This document shows, piece after piece, positions 7,193-18,678 of a stretch of 64,000 nt of DNA. The notes below the pieces were generated by a model. That model saw only the letters and a list, made by a program, of their open reading frames with translations. It searched no databases and had not been told where the DNA came from. This stretch comes from Methanobacteriota archaeon (lineage in GTDB: Archaea > Thermoplasmatota > Thermoplasmata > SG8-5 > JAGLSY01). The translations under genes were made by a program, and so were the position numbers. Each line of letters begins with the position of its first letter. The first letter of the stretch is position 1. The stretch is taken from the NCBI GenBank assembly GCA_020696385.1, contig JAEHCQ010000007.1:32001-96000 (forward strand), read 5' to 3'.

Positions 7193-8363
7193 ACTGCAAT
7201 TGCGTGGATTCCGTGAGTTTCGTCACATTGCTGCTGGAAAAGAAACCATCGAAATCTCCAAATCTATGAATGTACTCGTTCACGATAAGAGTACTGGGTG
7301 ATGCTTTGGAGAAGGTCTGCTTGAGACCTTCATCCTCAGATCCGATCAGGCCAAGAAGGAACTCCATTCCAGTTTCTTCCAGATCCCGGAATGTCTCATC
7401 AATATTCTTTGTCTCGAAGGCCATGTGATGCGGCCTCGTTCCGTAATTGTAGATGAACTTCTCCGTTGGACCGCTGGCCTTCACTTCCGTGAATGGTGTT
7501 ATGCCGGATGTGAACACCATGGCGAACTCTCCGTCCGAAAGCCTGGCTACATTGGTGATCGAATTCATGGATTTGACATAGATCGCCATATCGAAATCAT
7601 AATTGGTCAAGCGCATGAACTCGATTATCGCCGCGTCCCGATCCACCGATCTTACTCGAGTTGCAGTGTGATCCAGCCTGCCGATATTATCCAGATGCGG
7701 AAGGTCAGGTTTCTCAAAATTCCAGGCAATGTGTTTGCACTTGCCCGTGCTGAAATTCCTCTCGCCATTCCATTGAACTATACCGACTGATATGCCGGTC
7801 AGTTCCGATGGCTGGGTCTGAATGAATGAATTATCAACATTCTCCACGATATCATCCAAAAAGCGAACACCCCGATCCTTCTGTATATCGACATAAGTCT
7901 CTATATCGGGTGTGGAAAAAACATAGGTCTCCAGCCTGGTATTCGGAAGGCTGGATGATTTCGGATTGAGATTGAATTTCCGGAAGGGGTTTTCTTTGCC
8001 CTTCCGTACTCGGACGAGAATATTTGCGGAATCAGCCACTCCTCCCAACACGCTTGTAAGATATTCCGCATCCTCGAAGCAATATTGATACTTGTAGCCA
8101 GTGTATTTCAGAAGCTCCTCGATGGCTCGATGATGATTGATGGATTCCACATTGATGATAACGGCCTCAAGACCGCCTACCAGACCATCGAGTCCGTATT
8201 CCTTCCTCTCCTTGATTATGAGAGGAACCTGGGATCGGAGAAAGTCATCACTGTTCTGGAAATTGTACGAACTCTTTACCTGGCCAGACCCACAATTCGG
8301 GCATAGGCCATTATCCGTATCTTCATGAACTGATTCGCAGGTCGCACAAATTATTTTGTTCAT
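7191..8363 (-). CDS. VOC-superfamily, 4-hydroxyphenylpyruvate dioxygenase-like protein with an N-terminal Zn ribbon
   Basis: LDHTA, PHHMAF, L.QTFS, NEYIHR and GFF..SNV resemble the HPPD C-terminal domain. The N-terminus has CATC...CPNC. Confidence 0.65.
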   Translation of the reverse strand: MNKIICATCESVHEDTDNGLCPNCGSGQVKSSYNFQNSDDFLRSQVPLIIKERKEYGLDGLVGGLEAVIINVESINHHRAIEELLKYTGYKYQYCFEDAEYLTSVLGGVADSANILVRVRKGKENPFRKFNLNPKSSSLPNTRLETYVFSTPDIETYVDIQKDRGVRFLDDIVENVDNSFIQTQPSELTGISVGIVQWNGERNFSTGKCKHIAWNFEKPDLPHLDNIGRLDHTATRVRSVDRDAAIIEFMRLTNYDFDMAIYVKSMNSITNVARLSDGEFAMVFTSGITPFTEVKASGPTEKFIYNYGTRPHHMAFETKNIDETFRDLEETGMEFLLGLIGSEDEGLKQTFSKASPSTLIVNEYIHRFGDFDGFFSSSNVTKLTESTQLQ

Positions 8364-8486
8364 TTATTTCACTTCCCAAGCTGTAGGTGATGATAAACTG
8401 CATTCGGATATTTAGTTGCAACCCCTATGGATTCCTATAGCCACACAGATCAAGATAGGGGATTAACTACTGAATAATTGCATCAC

Positions 8487-11400
8487 TTAGAAGTCGATGA
8501 TAACAATTGGCAGATCGATCGAGCCTGAGGTGGAAAGTACGTATTCCACCTCATTTACGGCTCCATCATTGTCTGTGACCACCAAAGTTATGGTATGTGC
8601 TTCAAAATCCTCAAATGTATGTTCTACGAGCATCCCCGTGACTATTGAGCCATCTCCGAAGTCCCAAGCATAGGATACGATCACTCCATCAATATCATAT
8701 GAATCGGAAGCATCAAAGAAATATTGGATATTTTCTTGGAGTACATTGTCCAGACATATGGTATCTACATCAATGACAATATCCTGTTGCTTTCCCGTAC
8801 AGCTCTCGAAGTCAAAGAATAACACATCCCTGGAATCTCCAGATTCTAGTATGAGCCAAGCATTGTTCACACCCTTATGTTCAGCATCATACACTAACTT
8901 GATCTCATAGGTTCTATCAAGGTATTTGTTGAATACAATCGAATCTTTATCCGGCTGTCCAGAGGTTCTTGTGACTGGCAATTGATGAATAAGTTCTCCA
9001 TCTTCGTATATCTCCAGGGTTACTGTGTTGTCTTTTCGCCCTGCTACTTCGAGGTTGATATTTACTTCTTGATAAACCTCGATCTGTGCGACAGGTGGAG
9101 AAAGAACAACTTCGATATTGGTCTGGGAAAAGAAAGGCCAGCCTTCATCAGTAGCATTCATAATTATCAGACCCAATGGATAGATTCCGGGCATATCATA
9201 AACATGAGTTGGTCTTATGTCACTGGTCCAGGTTCCATCACCAAATGTCCAATCATAAGTTCCATTATCAGATATGTCATATCTATAGTACTCATTAAGG
9301 TCAAACTGAATAAGCGAGTCTTTCAATATTTCATATCTTCCAGATATTTTATTAAAGGAAGCTCCGCTGATGTTCCAAAGAACATCATCGAGAAGATAGG
9401 TCGTATGTCTTCCGTCTTGGTCAAGTGAAAGGTCAATAGATTGGCTACCTCTAAATGATTGTAATGTAAATGAAATATCAATTGACTGACCATTCCCATT
9501 TTCTATCCAGGCATGCAATTGATATGTTCTCAATGTATCCTGAACAAACGGTATTCTGATGTCACCATCTTGATAAGTTGAAAGATCGATGGTTTGTCCT
9601 TGTAAAATTCTCGTAATCGATATATCTATTTTTTCTTCAAGATAGACATACACAGTTCCATCTGTGACATCGGATGGAATAGTGGCAGTCATAGTCACTG
9701 GCTGTTCAATAGCTATCTCTGGCAAAGTGAAATAATGACCATCTGAGATGAATCCAAATGCCCTGTTTGCTTTTATCTGCTCAAGATATGGGAATGCCAG
9801 CTCAATACCTTCACCTGGGCTTATTGTGATATAGTCTTGATCCAGACATTGAACCTTAGAGGATATATCGGGAGCGTATGGAACCATATAGGATGAATAA
9901 GAAGGAGTGACATATCGAATATCAAGGTCAGAGCTATTACTGATATCCAGGCCAATGAAATCAATTACATGAGTTCCAGTTATTAGAAGACGAATTGGTT
10001 GGCCTGTATTTATGATGTCCTCCAGTGGAGTGATATCAATACAATCGATCACTTTATACTTCCTGGCAGGGACTGAATCAAAATCAACCCATTCACCCAG
10101 CTCATTCATGGTTTGAAGATGAATAGAGCATTTGGTACGCCGAATATCAATAGGAACATCATATGGCAATAATTCCATTATCGCATAGTGCGAGATGACA
10201 AGCTTTGCTTCATTATATTCTGGAATTGCAGGGAAGTTGATGATCAAAGTATCATTATGCTCGGCCTTGTGACGATACCCATCATCCAGTTCATCTATTA
10301 AGTCGGTTATATTACTTTCCGAATCATCCATGCACGAAATTGGGCTTAATGGAGCATTTATAGTCATGATATGCCCGTCTGGTGTCATTACCGGAGTTAT
10401 ACCGGAATCATCATAATCGACAATTGCCAGCTGTGTTCGATCCAAATAAGTTTTCTCTAACATATCTTCTTTTATCAATACTGAATAAGTATCGATGCCA
10501 GAATTACGGTGTAGGTCGCCCTGTATCATGTAATTGTCAACCACATCCAGTTCATCCCTGTGAGGATTCGTGGCCTGTGGTAGAATATTATTCTCTTCTA
10601 CGAATTGCGTGCCATCCCACACATACAGATATGGACATTCTGGGATGTCAATCTTGGCAACATTATGGACAAGGATTCCATCAGCATAGTAATTGTGATT
10701 GCCCTCTACTTCGAAGTTGTACACCGTAACAAGCTCTGGCATTTCTTCAATCGTCATTATTGATTCAGTACCAGTGAATGTGATCATTAGATCACCAACG
10801 CGCAAATCACCAGCTTCCACAGTACCTTTAGTCGTATAGACTGGATGATTCGCCGTGATCCGTAAGCGGTCGTTAATCTCTATATATCCTGCGTATTCTG
10901 TGTGAATTGTGGTATGATACACTGTTTTAGGTTCAACCTCGCCAGTCCACTCATTGTAGCTGAGCACGATATCTCCTTTGCGGATATCCTCAATATTCAC
11001 AGACCCATCTGGAGTGCTTATTGCAGTACCCGGCAAGAGACAGCCAACATCACCCCCACCAGTACTCATAGAACTGCCATCAGATAAGGCAAAATCAACC
11101 ACCATGCCACCTGGAGAAACATAAACAATTCTTGTTTGAGAAGTATAACCATCCTTCGTAGCACTAATATGATATGTTGAACCTGATGAGATAGATAAAG
11201 AATATTCTCCCGAAGGACCTGTAAGGACACTACTAGTGGCGTATCCACCACCAGAGCTGAACAATGTTGGGTCTGATGGCTGGCTCAGAGGGGTAGTAGT
11301 AATTACAGTTGCTCCCGATATTCCTATTGACGTACCTGCAATGTAAACATGACCTGAAACTGATGCAGGGGATGAAGATGACGGCGTGTATATTGAGAAA

Positions 11401-13427
11401 CTCCAGTCGGGACTACTCCAGGCTCCTTCATTACCAGCGTTATCAACTGCACATACTTTCCAGTACCATGTATCCCTAGCTAATGATGTAGGATATTGGT
11501 TATCGCTCACTAAAATGTCAATATTTAAACTACCGAAATTTGGATCGTCATCCACCCACAATCGGTAATCCCTAGGTCCGCTCAGTGTATCGGTAGCACT
11601 ACTCCACCGGAATGTGACCGGGGCGGTTGTGCCACTGGTTTGTATATCACTGGTCGGAAAGAGGCAAGTTGTTGGGGTGGATGGAGGTGTAATATCATAC
11701 CCATAAATTAGGTCACCATCTTCAATAGCAGGTGGGCTTTCTGGATTGTCAGTTAAATCAACAGCTACAGAGTCGAATTTATAATAACCATCACCCGCTG
11801 GCCAGTCAAAATCCCATTCATATGGAGGTGATAAATCAGGAGTAAATGGTGTCCAAGTTCCCCAATCGACACCATCAACAGAATAACTATAATACAATGA
11901 TACATGTTTTATCTCAGCACCAACTGGGCTAGAGGCAATACAACTGATGATTAAAGGAGAAGTTGACCTCCATTGATCATCTGAAATCGAAAGGGTGCTG
12001 GTAGGTGGAAGAGTATTGGTTGTGACTTCGTAAGTATCTGATATTTCATACCTATGCATATTCGTAATTGAATCTGATTCTTTTGTTTCTACTAATACCG
12101 TACAATAATATGTTGTATACGGATTTAGGTTTGAAATTTGGCACTGAGTAATGGTTTTATCAGAGCCACCAATATATTTCAACTCAGGGTCAATCGAAAT
12201 GGAAGTCGGAGTGAAATTAGGATCTGTTGATACATAGACCTTATATTTTTGGAAAAGATGATCCAGCGGGGTCTCTTCCCACGATAGTTGAAGTGATGTA
12301 TCTGTAATAGAGTCTGCTGAAATAATTTCAGGTTTAGGTATGGTCGGCAATGACCAAACATTATTATATTCTTGAGCTAAAGTTATTTCATAATCATAAG
12401 AAACTGTATCAACATACACACCACGATCTGACTCTAAATCAATATCTATAGAGAATAAATGATTAATGTCTGGTTCGTTATAATCCCAACTATCAATACT
12501 TAAATGTCCAACCATCCAATTTGATGTTGTAATAACACTCATATAATCATATTGGGGTGCATCATAAGTCCAAGATATGGCTGTGTTATAATCTGGATAA
12601 GTAGTTCCATCTAGCTGATTATATGAGACATAATCCTGTCCAGGGTTTGATTGGTCCACAGCATATTGAATTATATTTAGTAGGTAACCTGATGCTTTAA
12701 GACCAGTACCAACATAAGGTAAACCTCCTAAAACAGATTGAACATTTGAAAGAGAATCTTGAATTGACATAATCTGATCATGCTGAATTAAATATGGCGT
12801 TATCATCTCCTGATACCATACATTTACATCATCTTCTGTGTTGATTTCCTCTTCTATAGCAAAATCTAAATTATCACTAGGATACCAATACTTACCATAT
12901 AATGTAGAATGACCAAAGTTTAGAATATCATTATGCATATAAACATTGTTGTAATTATTAGTAGATGAATCAGATGGATTATATGGCAATTCATTCCAAT
13001 ATGGGTCATTAAAAGTTGATGATAAATCTACAGATTTTATACCTAACAAATAATAGTTGTCCCATTTCAATGGAGTATCAGGGTCAAGAATAACTCTTGT
13101 AGAGATTGTATAAAACAAATCTGCGTGATAACCACCTGCTGTACTGGACTCTGTTATTGTATAAGAAGTTGGTACGAAGGAAAAAATTACATAACCAACT
13201 GTGTGCTGAATGGGTAAGTTGTCATAAATAGGAATTATTTTAATATCACTAAAGCTTTCTATCCATTCCTGTCTTTCAAATGAATTATAACTACTCCAAT
13301 CAGTGTCATGCGGTATAATTGTATGATCTGTAATTGTGGTAGCTTTGACATTATCAGTACCAACCAATACGATTGCACTTAACATTATAATTATTACAAC
13401 ACCAGTAGTTTTTATTTTGCAAAACAT
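8487..13427 (-). CDS. Large secreted/surface protein with FN3/Ig-like domains, a Hint domain and PKD domains (1646 aa)
   Basis: Signal peptide; FN3-like LSW...YKVY...NLNPYTTY; Hint CLLPGT...TANHP...VYNFEVEGNHNYYADGILVHN; PKD motifs WTFGDG and WDFGDG...VTDNDG. Confidence 0.85.
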   Translation of the reverse strand: MFCKIKTTGVVIIIMLSAIVLVGTDNVKATTITDHTIIPHDTDWSSYNSFERQEWIESFSDIKIIPIYDNLPIQHTVGYVIFSFVPTSYTITESSTAGGYHADLFYTISTRVILDPDTPLKWDNYYLLGIKSVDLSSTFNDPYWNELPYNPSDSSTNNYNNVYMHNDILNFGHSTLYGKYWYPSDNLDFAIEEEINTEDDVNVWYQEMITPYLIQHDQIMSIQDSLSNVQSVLGGLPYVGTGLKASGYLLNIIQYAVDQSNPGQDYVSYNQLDGTTYPDYNTAISWTYDAPQYDYMSVITTSNWMVGHLSIDSWDYNEPDINHLFSIDIDLESDRGVYVDTVSYDYEITLAQEYNNVWSLPTIPKPEIISADSITDTSLQLSWEETPLDHLFQKYKVYVSTDPNFTPTSISIDPELKYIGGSDKTITQCQISNLNPYTTYYCTVLVETKESDSITNMHRYEISDTYEVTTNTLPPTSTLSISDDQWRSTSPLIISCIASSPVGAEIKHVSLYYSYSVDGVDWGTWTPFTPDLSPPYEWDFDWPAGDGYYKFDSVAVDLTDNPESPPAIEDGDLIYGYDITPPSTPTTCLFPTSDIQTSGTTAPVTFRWSSATDTLSGPRDYRLWVDDDPNFGSLNIDILVSDNQYPTSLARDTWYWKVCAVDNAGNEGAWSSPDWSFSIYTPSSSSPASVSGHVYIAGTSIGISGATVITTTPLSQPSDPTLFSSGGGYATSSVLTGPSGEYSLSISSGSTYHISATKDGYTSQTRIVYVSPGGMVVDFALSDGSSMSTGGGDVGCLLPGTAISTPDGSVNIEDIRKGDIVLSYNEWTGEVEPKTVYHTTIHTEYAGYIEINDRLRITANHPVYTTKGTVEAGDLRVGDLMITFTGTESIMTIEEMPELVTVYNFEVEGNHNYYADGILVHNVAKIDIPECPYLYVWDGTQFVEENNILPQATNPHRDELDVVDNYMIQGDLHRNSGIDTYSVLIKEDMLEKTYLDRTQLAIVDYDDSGITPVMTPDGHIMTINAPLSPISCMDDSESNITDLIDELDDGYRHKAEHNDTLIINFPAIPEYNEAKLVISHYAIMELLPYDVPIDIRRTKCSIHLQTMNELGEWVDFDSVPARKYKVIDCIDITPLEDIINTGQPIRLLITGTHVIDFIGLDISNSSDLDIRYVTPSYSSYMVPYAPDISSKVQCLDQDYITISPGEGIELAFPYLEQIKANRAFGFISDGHYFTLPEIAIEQPVTMTATIPSDVTDGTVYVYLEEKIDISITRILQGQTIDLSTYQDGDIRIPFVQDTLRTYQLHAWIENGNGQSIDISFTLQSFRGSQSIDLSLDQDGRHTTYLLDDVLWNISGASFNKISGRYEILKDSLIQFDLNEYYRYDISDNGTYDWTFGDGTWTSDIRPTHVYDMPGIYPLGLIIMNATDEGWPFFSQTNIEVVLSPPVAQIEVYQEVNINLEVAGRKDNTVTLEIYEDGELIHQLPVTRTSGQPDKDSIVFNKYLDRTYEIKLVYDAEHKGVNNAWLILESGDSRDVLFFDFESCTGKQQDIVIDVDTICLDNVLQENIQYFFDASDSYDIDGVIVSYAWDFGDGSIVTGMLVEHTFEDFEAHTITLVVTDNDGAVNEVEYVLSTSGSIDLPIVIIDF
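10662..11042 (-). other. Hint (intein-like) autoprocessing domain, 127 aa, without an endonuclease
   Basis: Cys1 at 11042-11040, block B TANH and a terminal His-Asn at 10667-10662. The +1 residue is Val. Confidence 0.85.
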
Positions 13428-13441
13428 ATTATTCCTCCAAA

Positions 13442-14569
13442 TTATTTTTTACGGATATAATAGCCAATAGCACCGACTCCCACCAATGAAGTTCCCCCAA
13501 TTGCAATGTACGTGAAAACTACATTAGTTGGATTTTTAATGTTATAAACATTAATAAAATTATAATTGGCTATTACTAGCTTGTTTCCTTTTGGTGCCCA
13601 CTCTAGATAAAGTAATCCTGAAGCTTTAGCTTCAAGATCAATCGATTTTTTTGTCCATTCATTAGTATTCCATATGGTAATTGGATAGACGAAAGATGAA
13701 ACTGCTAACTTAGAAGAATCACTAGACCAATCTAAATCATGGATCATATTGTTTATAACGATATCATCCACTGTGCTTAAAGTCATATTGCTATTATAAA
13801 TTAAATTCCAGGATTCTTTTGAATCAAATACTATAAATCTTCCATCACAATCCCCCCCAACAATTTTTTTTCCATCGGGTGACCAACTTAAACTTGAAAT
13901 TGGCTCATCCCAGCCTGTAAGATTGGTAATGGTTTTTTGGTTTTCAATGCTAATTATGGTGATTGTCTTATTATTGCTTATTGCTAGTAATTTTCCATCT
14001 GGAGACCAATCTAACTTTCCCCCTTCCGCTCTTAAATCAACATATTCTAAGTTATCATCCAGATAGTTCCATAAAACAAAACCATCTCCAGGAGAAGTCC
14101 AAGCAAGTAATTTATTGTCAGGCGACCATTTTATATCTGTAACTTCTCCTTTTATAGAATTATTATTACCATAATTATCATCTCGTTCCCAAATTAATGA
14201 TGAATCTGCATAATTGTGAACTTCAACGGCTACATTGCTTGTAGTTCCAACTGCTATTAATGTACCATCTGACGATATATCCATTGAAGTGACAAAATTA
14301 TTTTCCATTGAGGTTGAAATAGATTCACCCGTATCTGAATTCCATTTAATGTAGCCAGGACTATCAACGGCTAAAGAAGTAATTATTTCAGAGCTATCGA
14401 ATGACCAAGTAACATCTGTTACGACCCCTGGATACATATTGTTATAATATGACAACTTTTGATCTATTTCATAATTTGCTTCATCGTCTTCAGCGATGAC
14501 GATATTAGAAATAAATGAAACTGAAATTATTAAACAAACCAATTGCACAATTAGTCTCTGATCCCTCAT
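13442..14569 (-). CDS. Membrane-anchored extracellular WD40 beta-propeller protein
   Basis: Signal peptide, repeated WS(P/S)DG(K/S)-L/I-A units, and a C-terminal hydrophobic helix followed by RKK. The gene is AT-rich. Confidence 0.85.
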   Translation of the reverse strand: MRDQRLIVQLVCLIISVSFISNIVIAEDDEANYEIDQKLSYYNNMYPGVVTDVTWSFDSSEIITSLAVDSPGYIKWNSDTGESISTSMENNFVTSMDISSDGTLIAVGTTSNVAVEVHNYADSSLIWERDDNYGNNNSIKGEVTDIKWSPDNKLLAWTSPGDGFVLWNYLDDNLEYVDLRAEGGKLDWSPDGKLLAISNNKTITIISIENQKTITNLTGWDEPISSLSWSPDGKKIVGGDCDGRFIVFDSKESWNLIYNSNMTLSTVDDIVINNMIHDLDWSSDSSKLAVSSFVYPITIWNTNEWTKKSIDLEAKASGLLYLEWAPKGNKLVIANYNFINVYNIKNPTNVVFTYIAIGGTSLVGVGAIGYYIRKK

Positions 14570-14835
14570 TTATTCACCTCTCACTCTTATGTAGGTGCAA
14601 TATTACAATAGTTATAAGTGTTATGCTATTAAATTCCAGCATGTTAAAAAGTAATATGCCGATCTTGACTTTATTGGCTTAACATCAATTATTTCATGAT
14701 AGATTGTTATATTTTGAGACGATTTACTTGGTATTCGGGCTTATCTAAATGAGGAGATCAAAAGCTAAAAGAAGATTATATAAAATATAAATTCAGTATC
14801 CAAGATGAACTATACAGAATCTGCTCGCTCGGGTT

Positions 14836-15453
14836 CTAATCCTCTTTAAAGCGCTTGAGTCTGAACACATTCTCACGCTCTAATTCCTCTAATCTCATCA
14901 TGATCATATTTTCCGCAGTCTTCAACTCCGGAATAACCTTGTATTCCAGCGCATTAACCCTCCTCTTGGTTCCAGATATTTCCTCCAAGAGCTTCTTCAG
15001 CGTTGTTTCTATCTCGGCTGCTCTGACAATTTCCTCCACCAGTTCCTCGTAAGCTTCAGCTGCTTCATCTATCCTGGTAGATGTGCCGATCAGACCATAA
15101 CCCCGCTCGTCAATTCGTTTTCTGACCTTCTCACCCTTGATCTTCGGAACAACAACTCCCATCACGTTCTTCGTGTAAAGGGAGATGGTGGGGACCTCGG
15201 CGGCTGCAAACGCCGCCGATCTTACACCCATCTCACCCTCAACAGCCTCGGCGATGGCCATCTTCTGCTCCGCGTTCGTGCATTTGTACATGATGCTTCC
15301 ACGGACCTTCTTGGCCTCGTCCAGTATTTCGAAGAATTCCAGAATTAGCCCATCTCTCTTTTTCTTGAGAAGGTCGTATCCTTTCTCAGAGAACTTGATA
15401 CGCTTCTTCACATCGAGCAATTCGGATCGTGTTGGTTTGAATTCCCTGGCCAT
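14836..15453 (-). CDS. atpD: A1Ao ATP synthase subunit D
   Basis: Motifs KPTRSEL, LLKKKRDGL and TKRRVNALE..VIP. Confidence 0.95.
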   Translation of the reverse strand: MAREFKPTRSELLDVKKRIKFSEKGYDLLKKKRDGLILEFFEILDEAKKVRGSIMYKCTNAEQKMAIAEAVEGEMGVRSAAFAAAEVPTISLYTKNVMGVVVPKIKGEKVRKRIDERGYGLIGTSTRIDEAAEAYEELVEEIVRAAEIETTLKKLLEEISGTKRRVNALEYKVIPELKTAENMIMMRLEELERENVFRLKRFKED

Positions 15454-15501
15454 GTGTTGTTTCCTCTTTGATTTATTTATTTGATCATGTCATTTCAATT
15501 A

Positions 15502-16899
15502 TCAGAGTTTACTTGGTTTTTTATGCGCCGGATGATAGGCGGCGATGATCTTATTGTCGATCTTCGTAAGAGAAGCCTCGGGTATGTGGGATAAGAGATC
15601 CCAGCAAATATCCAGTGTCTCCTGGATCGGTCGGTCATCCTCATATCCCTGCCTGACCACCCTGTCCTCGAAGCCATCCGCGAAGTCCAGATATTTTCTA
15701 TCTGTCTCGGATAGAGCTTCCTTTCCGATGATGGACACCAGTGATCGCAGGTCCTTGCCGTTCGCATATACCGCGTAACACTGATCGGATACCGATTTGT
15801 GATCCTCACGCGTCATGCCCTTTCCGATACCGGAATCCATCAATCTTGACAAAGATCCAGATATATCGATCGGCGGGTAGATACCCTGCCTGTGCAGATC
15901 TCTTGAAACAATGATCTGGCCCTCGGTGATATACGCACTCAGGTCAGGTATCGGATGTGTGATATCATCATCCGGCATGGAAAGAATTGGTATCTGTGTG
16001 ATACTTCCCTTTCTTCCCTTTATCCTGCCAGCTCGTTCGTACATGGTGGCAAGATCAGTGTACATGTAACCCGGATATCCTCTCCTGCCAGGCACTTCTT
16101 CCCTGGCAGCTCCGATCTGCCTCAAGGCCTCGCAGTAATTCGTTATGTCTGTTAGAATGATAAGAACGTGCATGTCCAGGTCGAAAGCCAGGTATTCGGC
16201 TGCTGTCAATGCCATCTTCGGTGTGATCAATCTCTCAATGGTCGGATCATTGGCCAGGTTCAGGAACACGACCGATTTCTTGATCGCGCCAGTTCTCTCG
16301 AACTCCTTCATGAAATGCTGTGCTTCCTCATTGGTGATACCCATAGCTGCGAAGACCACGGCGAATTCCTCTACTTCGGCCAGCACCTTCGCGTTCTTGG
16401 CTATCTGAAGCGCGATGTCATTGTGCGGAAGACCGCTACCAGAGAAAATTGGAAGCTTCTGACCTCTCACCAGGGTGAACATACCATCGATGGTGGATAT
16501 GCCAGTCTGAATGAATTCCTTTGGTTTCTCACGAGCATATGGATTGATCGCGCCCACAATTATCTCTTTCTTTTCTTTGGGTATGATCGGTGGCCCGCCA
16601 TCCAGTGGTTGGCCAGCACCGTTCAGGATCCTGCCTATTATATCGGGTGAAACACCGAGCTTGACAGTCTCTCCAAGGAATTTCACAGTCGAATTCCTGT
16701 CGATACCGTCAGTACCCTCGAAGACCTGAACGACTACCAGGTCTTTTGAAGTATCAAGGACCTGACCTCTCTTTCTGCTTCCATCGGAGAGTGTGATGTC
16801 CACTATCTCGCCATATCCCACGTGCTCTGTTTTCTCGAGAAAGACCAGAGGTCCAGCGATCTCAGTTATCGTACGATATTCTTTTCTCATTTGGCTCAT
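15502..16899 (-). CDS. atpB: A1Ao ATP synthase subunit B
   Basis: Motifs [29 protein letters not shown] and THPIPDL. Confidence 0.97.
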   Translation of the reverse strand: MSQMRKEYRTITEIAGPLVFLEKTEHVGYGEIVDITLSDGSRKRGQVLDTSKDLVVVQVFEGTDGIDRNSTVKFLGETVKLGVSPDIIGRILNGAGQPLDGGPPIIPKEKKEIIVGAINPYAREKPKEFIQTGISTIDGMFTLVRGQKLPIFSGSGLPHNDIALQIAKNAKVLAEVEEFAVVFAAMGITNEEAQHFMKEFERTGAIKKSVVFLNLANDPTIERLITPKMALTAAEYLAFDLDMHVLIILTDITNYCEALRQIGAAREEVPGRRGYPGYMYTDLATMYERAGRIKGRKGSITQIPILSMPDDDITHPIPDLSAYITEGQIIVSRDLHRQGIYPPIDISGSLSRLMDSGIGKGMTREDHKSVSDQCYAVYANGKDLRSLVSIIGKEALSETDRKYLDFADGFEDRVVRQGYEDDRPIQETLDICWDLLSHIPEASLTKIDNKIIAAYHPAHKKPSKL

Positions 16900-18674
16900 T
16901 TGGACACCTCCTTTTTAGAAGATGGTTCTGCATCTCCTCTCATGTCCGTGCATTCGCCCATCATGCAGTCCATCACCTTCTTCAATTCTGCATCGAACTC
17001 GGGTTCATATTTGACCTTCGCAAGATCGTCCTTGGACTTCATGGTCATGATTTTTGTAATTGGCACACCTACTGAAAGCAGATCCATTGAATCATCATTG
17101 AACTTCTTGATACAATTGATCAGATTCTCCTGTCTGGATGGCTTGCAGAATGTGTCCACATCGTGGAACGCGTTTTGTTGGAGGAAGTATTCTCTCAACA
17201 TCCTGGCCACCTCGAGCAACACACGCTGATCATCCGGTAATGCGTCGGCTCCAACGAGCTGAACAATCTCCTGAAGTTCAGCTTCTTTCTGGAGAACTCC
17301 CATTGCCCATTTGACCTTGCTGGACCAATCCGGGTCCACATTCTCACTGAACCATGGGTCCAGAGATTGGGAGTATAAACTGTATGAGTTCAGCCAGTTG
17401 ACAGCAGGGAAATGTCTTCTTTCCCTGAGCTTGGTGTCCAATGCCCAGAAGACCTTGACAATTCTCAATGTGGCCTGGGTAACAGGTTCGGAAAAATCCC
17501 CACCCTGTGGAGAAACAGCCCCGATAACAGATACCGAGCCTTCCTTTCCATTGAGACCACTCACACGGCCAGCTCTCTCATAGAAAGCGGATAATTTGGA
17601 TGACAGGTAAGCTGGATATCCTTCCTCCCCAGGCATTTCTTCCAGCCTGGATGATATCTCTCTCATTGCCTCGGCCCATCTTGATGTGGAATCGGCCATC
17701 AATGCAATATCGTAGCCCATATCACGATAATACTCGGCCATCGTGATGCCTGTATAAACTGAAGCCTCTCTTGCAGCCACTGGCATATTGGAGGTATTGG
17801 CTATCAGGATCGTCCTGTCCATAAGAGGCGCACCGGTCTGAGGGTCTTCCAATTCGGGGAATTCCTTCAGCACATCGGCCATCTCATTTCCTCTCTCACC
17901 ACAGCCGACATATACGACCATGTCCGCGTCACTCCACTTTGCCAGCTGGTGCTCGGTGACTGTCTTTCCAGTTCCGAATCCACCAGGGATAGCGGCTGTT
18001 CCACCCTTGGCTATCGGGAAGAAGGTGTCCAGAACTCTCTGGCCTGTAATAAGTGGTATATCAGGTGCGAGCTTTTCCACAATCGGGCGTGGGTTCCTGA
18101 CCGGCCAATTGTGATACATTTTCAATTTATCTCCACTGTCCAGTGTCGCGATTATCTCGTCAATATTGAAATCCCCACCCTTGATATCCGTGATAGTGCC
18201 AGATACTCCCGGGGGTACCATGATGTAATGCTTGATATTCTTGGATTCCTGAACCCAGCCAATGATCGAGTTCGATGATACTTTATCGCCCACATTGGCT
18301 GTTGGATTGAAGGTCCATATTTTTTCATGATCCAGACCAGGTACATTGACCCCTCTCTCAATGATATCTCCCATTTTCTCCTGAAGCACTTCCAGGGGTC
18401 TCTGGATTCCATCATATATACTTGTCAGAAGTCCGGGTCCAAGTTCCGCGGTCAATGGCTCGCCGGTATCAGTCACTGGCTCGCCAGGACGGATACCGGA
18501 AGTATCCTCATAGACCTGGATGATGCTCTTTTCTTTGATTATCTGGATAACCTCACCCATCAGCTTTTCCTCGCCGACGAATACCACATCAAACATCCTG
18601 GGTTCTATGCCAGTTACCGTGACCACAGGGCCTGCCACCCTGAATATCTCGCCTGTTTTTCCTTGTTCACTCAC
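16896..18674 (-). CDS. atpA: A1Ao ATP synthase subunit A (no intein)
   Basis: Walker [18 protein letters not shown] and [13 protein letters not shown]. The GTG start at 18674 follows GGAGG. Confidence 0.97.
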   Translation of the reverse strand: MSEQGKTGEIFRVAGPVVTVTGIEPRMFDVVFVGEEKLMGEVIQIIKEKSIIQVYEDTSGIRPGEPVTDTGEPLTAELGPGLLTSIYDGIQRPLEVLQEKMGDIIERGVNVPGLDHEKIWTFNPTANVGDKVSSNSIIGWVQESKNIKHYIMVPPGVSGTITDIKGGDFNIDEIIATLDSGDKLKMYHNWPVRNPRPIVEKLAPDIPLITGQRVLDTFFPIAKGGTAAIPGGFGTGKTVTEHQLAKWSDADMVVYVGCGERGNEMADVLKEFPELEDPQTGAPLMDRTILIANTSNMPVAAREASVYTGITMAEYYRDMGYDIALMADSTSRWAEAMREISSRLEEMPGEEGYPAYLSSKLSAFYERAGRVSGLNGKEGSVSVIGAVSPQGGDFSEPVTQATLRIVKVFWALDTKLRERRHFPAVNWLNSYSLYSQSLDPWFSENVDPDWSSKVKWAMGVLQKEAELQEIVQLVGADALPDDQRVLLEVARMLREYFLQQNAFHDVDTFCKPSRQENLINCIKKFNDDSMDLLSVGVPITKIMTMKSKDDLAKVKYEPEFDAELKKVMDCMMGECTDMRGDAEPSSKKEVSK

Positions 18675-18678
18675 AGTT

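Noticed and set aside
10662-11042. Canonical splicing intein
   Set aside because: The residue after the terminal Asn is Val rather than Cys/Ser/Thr, there is no endonuclease, and the host is a secreted protein. It is treated as a Hint/BIL domain.
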